The position numbers and the translations under genes were made by a program. Of a stretch of 64,000 nucleotides of DNA, positions 24,730-36,901 are shown in pieces. Under the pieces are notes generated by a model. That model worked only from the letters and a program-made list of their open reading frames with translations. It did not search any database and was not told the origin of the DNA. How positions within the stretch are numbered: the stretch's first letter is position 1; each line of letters begins with the position of its first letter. Source of the DNA: Camelus dromedarius (Eukaryota); contig NC_087447.1 in the NCBI RefSeq assembly GCF_036321535.1, positions 37,388,001 to 37,452,000 of the forward strand, given 5' to 3'.

Positions 24730-25399
24730 GCCACTAGGCCACTACCATCTCTCACCGGAGCCTTCGCAACAGCAAACAGCCTCCCGGTTGGTCCATCTTC
24801 ATCCGCTTACTCCTTGCTGAATCATTCAATGCATCACAATCAGCGTGAGATTTTAAAAAGTCAGGACTGATCATGCTCTTTCAGTGATTTTTGCCTTGCA
24901 TAAAACTCCAATCCTGAAGGAGGCCTTTGAGGTTCTGTATCATCAGCCTTTGGCCATTTCACCAGCCACATGTCGGACACTTCTCCCCCTTACCCTGCAC
25001 ACCATCTACACTGCCTTTCTTTCATATTCCACCCAGCCTCAAGTTCTTGTATATGCTGTTCCTGCTGCCTAGAATGTATCACCCCTTCCCAAATAAAAAG
25101 CTCACTCATTCATATTTTGGATACTCATTTAATTATTACCCATCCAGAGAAGGCTTTCTTGTGTCCCCTTGCTCCTCTCCTGACTAGAACTCTGTTAATC
25201 TCCTTTGTCACCATGATCACCTGTAATTAACTGTGGAATCAGCTATTAGTGTCTGTTTTCCCCCCAAAAGTGTAAAATCCATGAAACCGTCAACCACGCA
25301 CAGTTTACATACAGCTGTATTCCTAGCATCTAGCACAGTACTTTGCTCAGGTTAGTGTTTGATTTTTTTTTTTTTTTAGGTAAATGATTGAATACTTGA

Positions 25400-27650
25400 A
25401 AATTGTGGTTCATGTATGAAGTCAACAGACCAATAATCTCAGTTATGCAAGGACTCATAAAGTATTTGACTCATGCATTCTTACTGAAAAATTATTCCAA
25501 GATCTACTTCAGGCAGCTGAAAAAAAAAAGAATCAAAATTTAAAACTCATAAATAGTAAAGTCATGGTGTGGAAGAACTGGTAATGAGCAACTGAGAGCA
25601 TTTAAGCACATAATTTATTCTAAATAACTCTGGTAAATATGGTTACAAAACAGAATGAAAGCATCATAAATTATTCTTGAAAGAGAAGATTCTTAATTTA
25701 CAAAAGAAGCAACAATTAACTGGATAAAATTATCCTCCACCAATTAAAACTGGTGGTAGCAGGTAAAATAAGGATGGGAAAAGATGTATTGTCCATCTTC
25801 ATTGAAGGAGGTAAAAAATTACATATGCATTCATAGTCTAGGCTCAAGGTTACTTTTTGACAAAAATCAAAGTAGTGACTTCTGCTTCTGGCTATGACAG
25901 AATACTTTGTATTAGACCTATTCTGCCACAAACAATAATTGTAAAAACTAGATAAATGCCGAAAATAAATCCAGCCATTTGAAGGCATAAGAGAACAACC
26001 AAAGCAGGTAAGACTTGAGAGTGTAAGATTTCAGAGAGAAGAGAAATATATTGACGCCCTATATTTATCATTGATTTTTCCCCCATGGGGCATTTTCTAA
26101 TTCAAATTGTGGGGCTCTGATCAGAGTAGAAGACTAAAGTCCATGGAAGTCTCACTGTGCTGGAAGACAAAAATTCGAATCCAAGGCTCTCAAAGTAGCC
26201 AGGCAGTCAAGATCCCAGAAGTAAAAGGAACCTCAGAGAAGTAGGCCTCATCTTCCCCTCAAAGTATTTGCTGAATTTTAAGATGCACATACTCCTAGGA
26301 AGGGATCAAAACACAAGGAAACAAGGAGAAAGTGATGGCTAAGAGATGAAAATGATAACCAGAATTTCAGCAGTCTCAGGGCCCTAAAAGCACCAAAACT
26401 GGAGTCCAGACTTAGCAAGGAACCCTTAGGATTTCAGCTGAGACACCTGAAGAGCTACACTCATGACAAGTCATAAATAACCCAGCCCTTGGACTGCCTG
26501 AAATCCACTCTCCAGTAACTTCCATCTCTGGCTGGATAATAGTGACTTGCTCATAGCTTTCCAGGAAGAAAAAAATTAGTGGAGGAAAACAATGCATTTA
26601 AGGCCTCTACCATTTCTTATTTAAAAAACATGTCTAATGTCAATTAAAAATTAAATTGCATTTCAGGAAACAGAACTAAATGACTACAAGTCAAGAGGAA
26701 AAAGGCAATAGAGACATACCTAACGATGATCTAGTTATTTGGTGCTATCTATTGTGGACTTTTTTCATTATCATATATGACTTATATGTTCAAGAATACA
26801 GATGAAAAAGTGGAGAAATTGACTTGGAATCTATAAAAATCATTAAATAGAAATCATGGGGCTGAAAAATACAGAAATTAAGAATGCAGTAGATGGTTTC
26901 ATAGCATATTAACTAGAAGTGAACAAGAGGAATTATGAATTAGAAGATATATCTGTAGAATATGTGGAATGAAGCACAGAGAGAACAAGGAAATGGAAAT
27001 GGAAATTAATGGCACAGTTCAAGAGATATATGGGCAGCTTGAAAAGGTCAAGTATAAAATAATTTGAAGCTTCAGAAGAAGAGGAAGGAGAATTTGGTAG
27101 AAGCAATATCTGAAGTAACACTAGATGAGAATTTTCCAAAACTGAAGAAAGCTATCAACCCACAGATTCAAGAGGCTTAGGACACATTTAAAACACACAC
27201 ATACACAGGAACACACACACACACAGAGGCACTCAGAATAAACATGTGCACTGACTTGTCATCAGAAACAAAACAAGCGAGAAGAGAGAAACAGTATCTT
27301 TAAAGTGGAGGAAAAGCTGTCAATCTAGAATTCTATATCCAGACAAAATACCTTTCAAAACTACAGGCAAAATGAAAATATTTTCCAATAAGCAAAATCT
27401 GAGAATTCATCACCAGCAGACCTGCATTACAAGTAATATTAAAGAAAGTTCCTGAGAATGAAGGAAAATGACACCGTCTGGAAAATGAAATCTGCAAGAA
27501 ACAAGGAGTGGGGGAAATGGTAAATACATAGGTAGATATAAGATTTTATTTTTAACTTAATTCCTTTAAGAGATAACTGACTATTTAAAGCAAAACAATG
27601 ATATATCATGGGATGGTAATATATAAAAAGTAAAATGCATGGCAACAACA
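25400..27650 (+). mobile_element. Old L1 5'UTR/ORF1 remnants (L1M4/L1MD-like)
   Basis: ORF1 remnants (GAGAATTTTCCAAAACTGA..CCCACAGATTCAAGA; CAATCTAGAATTCTATATCCAG; CACCAGCAGACCTGCATTACAAG). Confidence 0.75.
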
Positions 27651-27654
27651 GCCA

Positions 27655-28110
27655 CTAAGGAAAAATAAGAACTACCATACGATCCAGCAATGCCACTTCT
27701 CAGTATTTATATGAAGAAAATGAAAATCCTAACTTGAAAAGATATATGTACCCCCACGTTCACAGCAGCTTTATTTACAATAGCCAGGATATGTAAACAA
27801 CCTAAATGTCCATTGATGGATGAACGGATTAAATAATCACTGTATATTGTATACACAATAGAATATTCCTTGGCCTAAAAAAGAATGAAGTCTTGCTATT
27901 TATAACAATGTGGATGGCCCTTGAGGGCATTATGCTAAGTGAAACAAGTCAGAGAAAGATAAATAATCATATGATCATGTGCAAAATCTAAACAAAAATA
28001 AAAACAAAAAAATAAGCTATATATACAGTGAATAGATTGGTGTTTGCCAGGGGCAGGAAATGAGGTGGGGGTGGGAGAAATGGGTTAAGGAGGTCAAAAG
28101 GCAAAAAAGA
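27655..28110 (+). mobile_element. L1 ORF2-end/3'UTR fragment (L1MA9-like), nested in older L1
   Basis: GAACTACCATACGATCCAGCAAT; CAACCTAAATGTCCATTGATGGATGAA; CTTGAGGGCATTATGCTAAGTGAAA. Confidence 0.85.
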
Positions 28111-28489
28111 AAGAATATCAGCTTGATTTATAACATCCCAAATATCTACCAATAGGTGAGCAAATAAACAAATTTTGGTATATAAAGGAAGTGGAATACT
28201 AGAAAATATTGATCTGAACAATAATATTGATAAATCCTAAAATTATTGTGTTGAGTGAAGGATGCATTTATTCATTGTGGAAAATAATCACAATGATGGT
28301 TGCCTTAAAGTTGGGGGATTTCCTAAAAAGGCATTTGAGGAAACTCTTTGGGTAGATGAAAATCAATATACTGATTTTTGGTGGTAGTGACCTGGGTGTA
28401 TACACATTTCATTGAACTATATACCCCATTCCCCTGAAGTCAATGGATTTTGTTTTATTTTAAATTCTACCTTAATCAAACTCAAGGAA

Positions 28490-30090
28490 AAAAAAAAACA
28501 GATCAATAATCTAAGCTCCCACCTGAAGAAGCTACAAAAAGAAAAGCAAATTAAATCAAATTATGAGGGAAGAAAACAATGAAGAACACAAATCAATAAA
28601 CTATAAAATAGGTAAACAACAGAGGAAACCAATGTAGCCAAAAGCTAGTATTTGGTGGGGGTGGAATTAAAACAAAAAAACTGATGAACTTGTAGCTAAA
28701 CTGATCACAAAAAAAGAAAGGTATCACAATTTGCCAATATCAAAAATGACAGAGGGGATGTCACTGCAGATCCTGTAGATATCAAAGGTACTTGGGCATA
28801 TTATGAAAAACTTTGTGCCAATAAATTTTACATCTTGGATAAATTAGATAAATTCCTTAAATGATGCAAATTGCCAAAACTAACTCAAGAAAAGATAAAT
28901 ATTTGTATACTCCCATGTCTGTTAAATAAATTGAACTTGTAACTGGCAACATTATTTTAAAGAAAACTTCAGATTCAGTGGCTTTACTAGTGAATTTTAG
29001 CATATTTTTTAAGAAAGAAATAATGCCAGTTTTATCAAAATTTTCCAGAAAATGGCAAAAACATCTTTCAAGTCATTTTACGAGGCCAGGACAACCTTAA
29101 TACCAAAATCAGGCAAAGACACTAAAACAAAAGAAAATTATAGAACAATAATCTTTATGAACACAAAAGATACAAAAGTTGTTAATAAAATATTAGCAAA
29201 TCGAATCCAGTAATATATAAAACTGGTAGTATATCATGACCAGGGGAGATTTGTTGCAGGAATACAAGATTGTGTAATGTTAAAATATTAATTGACAGAC
29301 TAAAGGAAATTCATGAACAAATTAACAACAATAACAAAAAAAGTGATAGTTTCAACAGCACAGCATCAGAAAAAGCATTTGAAATATTCAATATGCTTTC
29401 ATAATAAAAATCTCCTAGCAAGCTAGAAATAAAAGGGATCTTCCTCAACTTGATAATGTAGAACAATCAGAACTCTCATATATTCTGGTAGCAGGGTAAA
29501 ATGGTACAGCCTTTTTGAAAAACAGTTTGGCAGTTTTTTAATAAAGTTTAACATATACAGGCCTGATGAACTAGCAATAATTTTTCTCGACATTTACTAA
29601 AAAAAAAAAAAGAAAGAAAGAAAAGAAAAGAAAACAAGTCCATACAAATGCTTGTGCAAGAATGTTCATAGAAGTTTTAGTCATAGTAGTCTCAAACTGG
29701 AAACAGCACAAATGTCTATCAACTGGTGAGTGCAGAAATAAATTTTGGTATATTTACATTAGGGAATACTATGCTAAAACAAAAAGAAACATTTCTGATT
29801 CATGCAACAATATGGATGAATTTCACAGACATAACGCTAAGTGAAATAAATTAGATGCAAAAGAGTATACACTGTACATACTGCAATATGTAAACAAGCA
29901 AAAGGTACATGAGTATGCAACTTACCTCTTTTCACTATAGTAAAACAAAAGACTGACTTGAAAGCAGCACTTGTGAATTCTCTGGAGTAATGAAATATTC
30001 TATACATTGATAGGGATATGAGTTTCAAATGTATATCAGCTTGTTAAAACTCATTAAAGTGGATTTCGGCCTATTTTACTTATATTTCAA
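28490..30090 (+). mobile_element. L1 ORF2 middle fragment joined to an L1ME-type 3' end
   Basis: ATCAATAATCTAAGCTCCCACCT; GAGGCCAGGACAACCTTAATACCAAAATCAGGCAAAGAC; AATAAAATATTAGCAAATCGAATCCAG; ATGCAACAATATGGATGAATTTCACAGACATAA. Confidence 0.85.
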
Positions 30091-33000
30091 AAAAGAAAAG
30101 AAAAAAGCTGATACGCCCACAGTATTGCTATTTAAGGAAATTTTAAGGCAAATATACTAATAAACATATTTAATTCATAATGGCAAATACCAAATTCCCC
30201 CATGAAGATGTAAAAATTCTAAATCTATATGTACCTAATATCATAGCTTCAAAACTCATAAAGAAAAAAATAATTATTCTGATTAAGTAAACAGTATCTA
30301 ATAAAATCTGCAATAATTTGGCTGAGAAAGATTTCAAAGAAATGGAATCTATTAAAAAAGATCAAATTGAAATTACAGAATCAAGAACAATATTATAATT
30401 GAAATTGAGAACTCAACAGATGAGTTTAATAGTAGGATTAGCTACTCATTGTACTGGAGGAACAAAATTAGAACCTTTAGAAGAGAACTTTGAATAGTTC
30501 ACCATTAGTACTAAGTTTAAAAAGAAACATTTAGTAGAGTTAAAAACAACATATATACCTTTAAAACTACCATAGGGGAAAAATAATGAAAGAGAGGATT
30601 GTCCAAAGAAAACAGTGAGGAAGGATCAGATGTAATAAACATAATAGAACAAGAACAAATGAGCATACCAGTTATGACAAGAAATATAAATAATTTAAAC
30701 TTCTCAATTAAAAACAGATGTTTTCCTCACCAGTATTTATGCTGCAAAAATATTAGAAACATACATGTCCAACCTCAGGGAAAGGTTATATGAGGGATGT
30801 TTCAATCCTTAATAGATTATATCATAATTAAAATTCATATTAACAAAAACTTTTTAATAATTTTGGAGATGCATATGTTAAACTATTGAAAAATAAGGAT
30901 TCCCAATTTTTATACATTATCATGATATCTAAATATAGATTTAATTAAAAAAAAAGTAGAATAAAGATACCAAATGTTGATCTATAGATAAGAGCAGTTA
31001 TTTATAGGCAAGAGAGTTACAGTTTGTTTTATTTGTTATTTACCCTTCCTATAAAATGTACAAGATTCCTCCAGTGGGCATATGTTGCTTTTATTTGTTT
31101 ATTGTTTTTTATTACACAAACAATACATGAATATAATAGTAATGTAAAAGATACAAGTACTAATAAAATAAAAGTTCCTTTTGACATTCTGACCTACTTT
31201 CTTCCTATTCCCATCCTAGTCCCTCCTGTAGGAGTAACCACTATTTTTTTTTCTTCCAGATCATTTTTATGTATTACTCTGATAATCAGAGGCAGTGAGT
31301 AATAAAAATAAAGATAACCAACTTTCAACAACCTGTAAAACAAGGCTCAGTGACTACTTGTGTGGGATGTCATGGTGGAAATGTCTGCATCGTGGAGAGC
31401 TGGAGTCAGGTGAACCCCGATCTTCCTCCAGTCTGACTTCTATTATACAAGTCTACCAAGAATCCTCTGGGAGAAAGAGTGACTGGAATATGGGTTAGGC
31501 AAGGCTGCATGGATGAAATTAGGACTGGCCTACATCCAGAAGTCCAGGTGGGATGTGGACACACGGAGGACAGGCTGAGAGCCGTCTCAGTTGGCTATGA
31601 GCAGAATGAGGCCATCAGAAAAACATGGTGGAGAGCAGTACTGCTGGAGAAAAAGGTATGAAGTATGGAACAGGGAGAGAGAAAGCACCAGGCAGACCTC
31701 AAAGTCAGGTTTCAGAAGGCCTTGGCTTGGATAGTTGGGACGTGTCCTGGTGCTTCTTCAAAATTCTCTGGTCTTATCAAATCAGCCACAACTGTGCCCT
31801 GTTTGAGGTTTAGTTTTCTGGTGTATAAATGGGAATATGAGTTCTGTAAGAATTTAATTAGATAAGGAATGTGAGAACACTTGCTAGTGTGAGTTGATAA
31901 TAACAGTAGAAGGTTGAACAGAGCCCTGGAGACTGGGCTCTGGTTCCAGGAAGCTGCGTCAATGGCTTCTCTGTTGCTATTTTTGGAAATCATGCAACGC
32001 TCAAGCCAGCTTCCTGTGACCAGAAACATCCTAGTCCATGTTGGCACCCACATCTTTGAGGAGTAGCAAACTCAATTTTCTCATGCCCCAAGGCATTGTC
32101 CCTGTATCCCTAGAGAACCGCACATATGGTTTGGTGTGGTTTCTTTGAAAATACAACTGCAGTACACTTAATCATTTCTTTTTCAAGGAAATCATAACAT
32201 TAGCTACTGTACATGGGTATGTAACTCATCTCTTTTAATTAGATGCTAATTAATGACTCACTAGCTTTAATCATATCAATCTGGTAATACTATTTATGCC
32301 CCACAGAATAATGAACTACTTTATAAGAAATGAGCGTGGCACATGTTGACATAGGAATCCATCCAGCCATAATTTGCTCTGGGTAAATATCCCACCCAGA
32401 CTTGGATTCCGAACAATTTACAAGACAACGCTCACATGACACAAGGGGGAGAGAGGCGGAGACTTCCACATGGAGAGAGAGACACAGAAAGGAGCGAGCG
32501 GCAGAGAAATGACACAAAGGACTTATTCCCTAGTAAAGGGCCACTGTACTGGTCAGTTTTGTCCTGAATTAGTTACAACATCTGTATGAGAGAATCCAAG
32601 GAAGACTTTTTCCTACTCATGTAGCACCTGAAAAAACTGCTTTCTGGATGAGGAAGAATGTAGCAGGCAGGTGACATGATTCTGCTAAGGCTTGGCTTCA
32701 AGTCCTTCTCGGACTAGCCACGCTTTTAGGGTGAGGATGGGGACAAGACAGGATGGGACCAATGTGGGCATAAATAAGGCATTCCTCAGGTTGCTCCCCA
32801 CACCTGGAGGAGTGGCCAGCAGCCAAATATGCCATGTCCAAACAGATACGGTGACACTGGGCATAACTCAGACAGGGTCCGAGTCATCTCTTGGGGCTGA
32901 GTGGAACAAGGGTGACAGTGGGTCAAAACTCAGGTGGGTGATGACACTGAAGTCCAAGTATGCAGCAGCATCATGGCTCTGAGAAAACAGGTCTCAGCCA

Positions 33001-33145
33001 GAGCCTTGAAGGATAGAGAACTGTCAGCCCCAGGTGGAGAGGATTTGCAAGAAATACCCAGGATAGTGAGAGTGATTATTTAGTGAGGGATTATTCTATG
33101 CTGTGCATAGAATTACATACACTCGTATGTAATGCATTGTGGAAC

Positions 33146-33191
33146 AGGTTTTTTTTGTTTTGTTTTTGTTTTTGTTTTTGTTTTTGTTTTG
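33146..33191. repeat. (TTTTTG)n-type simple repeat
   Basis: Read directly; abuts a reverse MIR (AACAGATGAGGAAAATGAGGCTCAGAG). Confidence 0.85.
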
Positions 33192-33619
33192 CTCCCACTT
33201 AACAGATGAGGAAAATGAGGCTCAGAGCAAATAAATATAGTAGGTGGCAGAGCCATAATTCAAACCCAGCACTTTGACTCACGGGCCCTGTTCTTGAACT
33301 CTACCTACACCTTTACCCTTTTTCCGCCTCCCCCCACCATCTATCTCCTGAACCACCACCACCCAGGAGCTACAGGCTATGTCAAAGATGTCAGGGTCTC
33401 AGCACAGCTAGCTGGTCAATAAGAATTGTTAGTAGGGAAACTGAGGCAGAAGTCCATTTTCAAAGCCTAGGAAACATGAATGAGAGGATGATAATTGGGT
33501 GAGAACCCAGGATTCCTGCTTCAAGTCTAATCCTAGCCCCACTTTCTCCCCAGACTGATAATGCATTTTTGTCCAGATGAGGAATGCTTCAGGACTTGGA
33601 TGGTGGGATGAAGAGTAAA

Positions 33620-33912
33620 GACTAAAGTCATTACAACGACTTACTAGCCCCTCCATGATCTGGCCCTGGTATATTTCTAATGTCACCTCCTTCTATACTC
33701 CAGATCAACCACACTAGACATTTTGCTGATCCATTAATAAGTCAAACATACTCCTAGTCCAGGGCTTTGCACTGGCTATTTCTTTAGCCTGGAACTCCCC
33801 CTTCCAGGTTTCTTCCACAAAGACAGATATTTCTGCGTGTTTTTTCATTGATTTACCCCAGGCACCAAGACAGTATCTGGCACTTAGTAGATACTCAGTA
33901 AATATGCCTTGA
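33620..33912 (+). mobile_element. L2 3' fragment
   Basis: CCCTCCATGATCTGGCCCC; CAGGGCTTTGCACTGGCTATT..GCCTGGAA; GTATCTGGCACTTAGTAGATACTCAGTAAATAT. Confidence 0.8.
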
Positions 33913-34344
33913 GTGGTTTGCCAGTGCAAACCAAGTTATTTAGAAAAGCAAGTTATCCAATTACCTTTTCCTGCTAGTTTCTCTGTTCCCCTGTCAACCC
34001 TTCCACCGCTCTCTTCCCTAAGTTGGTCCCACGTTTTCCTTCTAGAATGTCATGCAATCAGCACAGATAGCTTGGTATTTCAACTCTTTACAGAAAGTAA
34101 ACCTGACAGTGCTTTGTACTTAATAAGTGTGCAGTAAATATTTGTCGGAGAGATGGGATGAGTGTTACAGATTCTGTAACAGATCTATTTCAGTGCTAAG
34201 AGAGTAAAGACGTCAGGTAGGGGTTTGAGAAGGTTCAGTGGAGATGGGGTTTTTGAACTTGATCTTGAAGGATAAGCAGGGATTCACCACACCGACAAGG
34301 AAAAGGAGGTGTTTCAGGCAGCAGGAACCACCTGCATGAATACA

Positions 34345-34908
34345 TCACAGCAGGTGTGTTTCCCCACCCCCTCCCATTGCATGTTTATCCTTCTTTTAAT
34401 AACAGGGACACAATTTTTCTTGGAGTGATTACCCCTCCCCCACTCTCAGTCCGTATGTCCTTCAACTCCGAGGGTGGATGCGACCCCATCCTGGCAAATC
34501 AGAGCACTGCCTGCCTCAGACTGCAGTGACTGGTTCAGGGATAGGTATTGACCTAATCTGGGCCAAGGAGAGCCAGGTCCAGAAACATTGCTCAAAAATA
34601 CATTCGTGATTTTTTGTTCAGCTGAATTTGGAGTAGGAAGGATGTGAACAGGAATGTGGTCATTGTGCCACCAGGAAAAGGGATCCCCAAGAGAGTTTGC
34701 AAGTGGGCTCGACCCCCAGAGAGAAGCCAAGAGCTAGACAGGGATGCAGTTGTGAGATCAATGCCTGTCGCCAGATTTGCCCCTTGCCCCTGAAGGGTTT
34801 TTTTTTCCGGGGGGTCGGTACAGTGGAGGAACAACGAATTCTCATTTTTCCTAAGCCATTTTGTGTTGAATTTTCTACAGCTTGTGACCAAAAACATCCT
34901 GACATACA
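34345..34908 (+). mobile_element. MLT1J/K-type MaLR solo LTR
   Basis: CCTGGCAAATCAGAGCA..CAGTGACTGGTTCAGGGATAGG..TGACCTAA; end CTAAGCCATTTTG.GTTGAATTTTCT..CTTGTGACCAAAAACATCCTGACATACA. Confidence 0.8.
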
Positions 34909-36448
34909 GGAATGAAAGCAAGAGAGAGCATAATATGTTCAAATAGAACCAAACATTTAACTCTGAAGGACATGGAGACCATCCACCTTGATTTGCAGAA
35001 GAGGAGACTGAAACCCAGAGAGAGTTGAGTTTCAGATCTAAAGAAAACAGAGTCAAGAGGATGGAGGAGCAGAGCAGGAAGGGGGCAGATCTTAGGGGGA
35101 AGGGGGTGAGAGGTGACAGGCATTTTATTGTCCTTGTTTGACTTGTAAGCAATGGGATTTGAAACCACAGAACCAAGCTGAGCAGCATGTCCCAGACATC
35201 ACCCACTGCCTTATATAAGGCACCCCAACCCTTCGGTCAGTGCATGGCCAGTAATGGCCTGGTGGCCAGTGCTAGCGTGATGCTCAGACTGCAACTTGCC
35301 AGGTTTCCCAAAGCCTTCAAACTTGCTTTGTGTAACCAAGACACGAAATTACAGACCTTTGCTTTATGAAACTGTTTTTTTTAAATTAGAAAGACTCTCA
35401 CACAAATCCTGCACCAATGCCTTCAATAATATATATTTTTAAAACTGCAAATGGAGAACCAGGATAGCTCTCAGAGCTCAATGCTTTTTTTCCCAATAGA
35501 TGGATAGACGAGTGACTTATGCAGATGTGGTATATACATTCCGCACAATTTGACCATGGTTAAAGGGTATTTATATTCTGATGCAGATAAAATTGAACGT
35601 GTCAACACTAATGCATTTTTCGAGGAGAATCACTACTTTCACCATAATTTCCATGGAAAATTTGTGTGCACACGCAGTAATAGACACATTTATAACATCA
35701 AAAGGATTCAATTTTCTTTTCAATCATACCACAGTATGAATCGCTTTTCCTATTGAATTTAACAATGAAGCACATTACCAGAGTCTAAAGGATGGGACAC
35801 TTCGTCTTGCTCTTATGAAAGTACGTCAAACAATGGGTAATACATCACACAATGTCTCGGGTTAACTGAGCCTTTACACAGGCTGGCTGCTAATTTGCTT
35901 GGGCCAGCAGAATGTCACTTTTATTTAATTTTGCCAATAAGATCAGCAGGGATCCAAACTCTGTTTAACTCCCAGTTATTAAAAGAGGTTTTTCTTGTTA
36001 CACGGAGAACTCATTAATTCATGTCTCTCCTAATTCAGAATTTGAGGTCTATGGATCAGGGGGTAGGAGGTGCTTTATCTCTGCTATGAAGGAAAAAATT
36101 TCACCCAGTATGCAAGCTTCTGTGCAGACTGCTTAAGCTGCCGAACAGACAAAGTCTTTCAAGACCTTTAGAAGAATTTGATATGTTAATTACAAACTGT
36201 TCCCTGGTAGTTACAGGAGCAGATTATCTAAAGGACTTCAGTAGGGACACATTCACCCTACCATCATTCATTTAGTCACTCGCTTATCTATCCAGTCATT
36301 TAATCATCCATCCAGTCACCATCTGTACTCCAAATTTACCAAGTCCTTTCTATTTGCCAGGGCTTGAGTTTGCAGCTTGGGCTACAAAATGAAAAATACA
36401 CCCCGCTTTAAAGAGGCTCTTGGAGTCTAGTGACGGAGGCAAGCAATC

Positions 36449-36901
36449 TGTGCTGGGTGTTCTACTGGCTGGTGCTCCCCCCACCCCACATCCTTAAAAC
36501 TAATGTTCTACACTTCTCTACTCTGCTCTGGAAGGCTGACGAGCTTCAGTGAGGTCCTCTGCCTACTGGCTTCTGTGAGGTCTGTTCAACAGGGGGCACT
36601 GGGAGAACAGAGGAGGGAAGAGCACCGACATCAGGTATTATTCCTGGTTCCCTGCAAGCAGAGACGCCAAGGGCTGGCTGAGTCCCCCCATCGGAAGCCA
36701 CAGTGTCAGGGGATCACTCCTTCCCCTGCCCCTTCAGACCTAGCCTGATAAGACCGTCCCAGCACTACCAGCCCTGGGGTCCTGCACTAGATCTTGCTGT
36801 TTTCCCTAAGCCCTGCCCCTATCTTGGTAAATGCTTGCTTTTTATTAAAATCTCTTCAAATTACCCACCGTGTGTGTGTCATCTTTTTCCTGACTGATAC
36901 A
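36449..36901 (+). mobile_element. LTR33-type ERVL solo LTR
   Basis: TGGCTTCTGTGAGG..GGGGGCACTGG..GGAGGGAAGAG..GGTATTATTCC; CCCCTTCAGACCTAG; TTTATTAAAATCTCTTCAAATTACCC..CCTGACTGATACA end. Confidence 0.8.

Larger units (their letters stand above)
22730..25395 (+). mobile_element. Long L2 fragment hosting nested insertions (MER81, reverse L2, ERH retrocopy)
   Basis: Colinear L2 motifs: TCTTTTCTCACTCTTCACACTCTCCC; AACTTCCCAATCTCAGTGAGCGGCA..AAACCTGGGAGTC; GCCACTACCATCTCTCACC; ATGCTGTTCCTGCTGCCTAGAATG; CCTAGCATCTAGCACAGT; AAATGATTGAAT tail. Confidence 0.8.

Noticed and set aside
33112..33133. Hairpin ATTACATAC-n4-GTATGTAAT
   Set aside because: A 9-bp stem with a short loop is expected by chance in 64 kb; too short for a pre-miRNA.
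34592..35206. Longest ORF in the track (204 aa, - strand)
   Set aside because: Overlaps the antisense strand of an MLT1 LTR and MIR-like sequence; no recognisable domain; consistent with chance.
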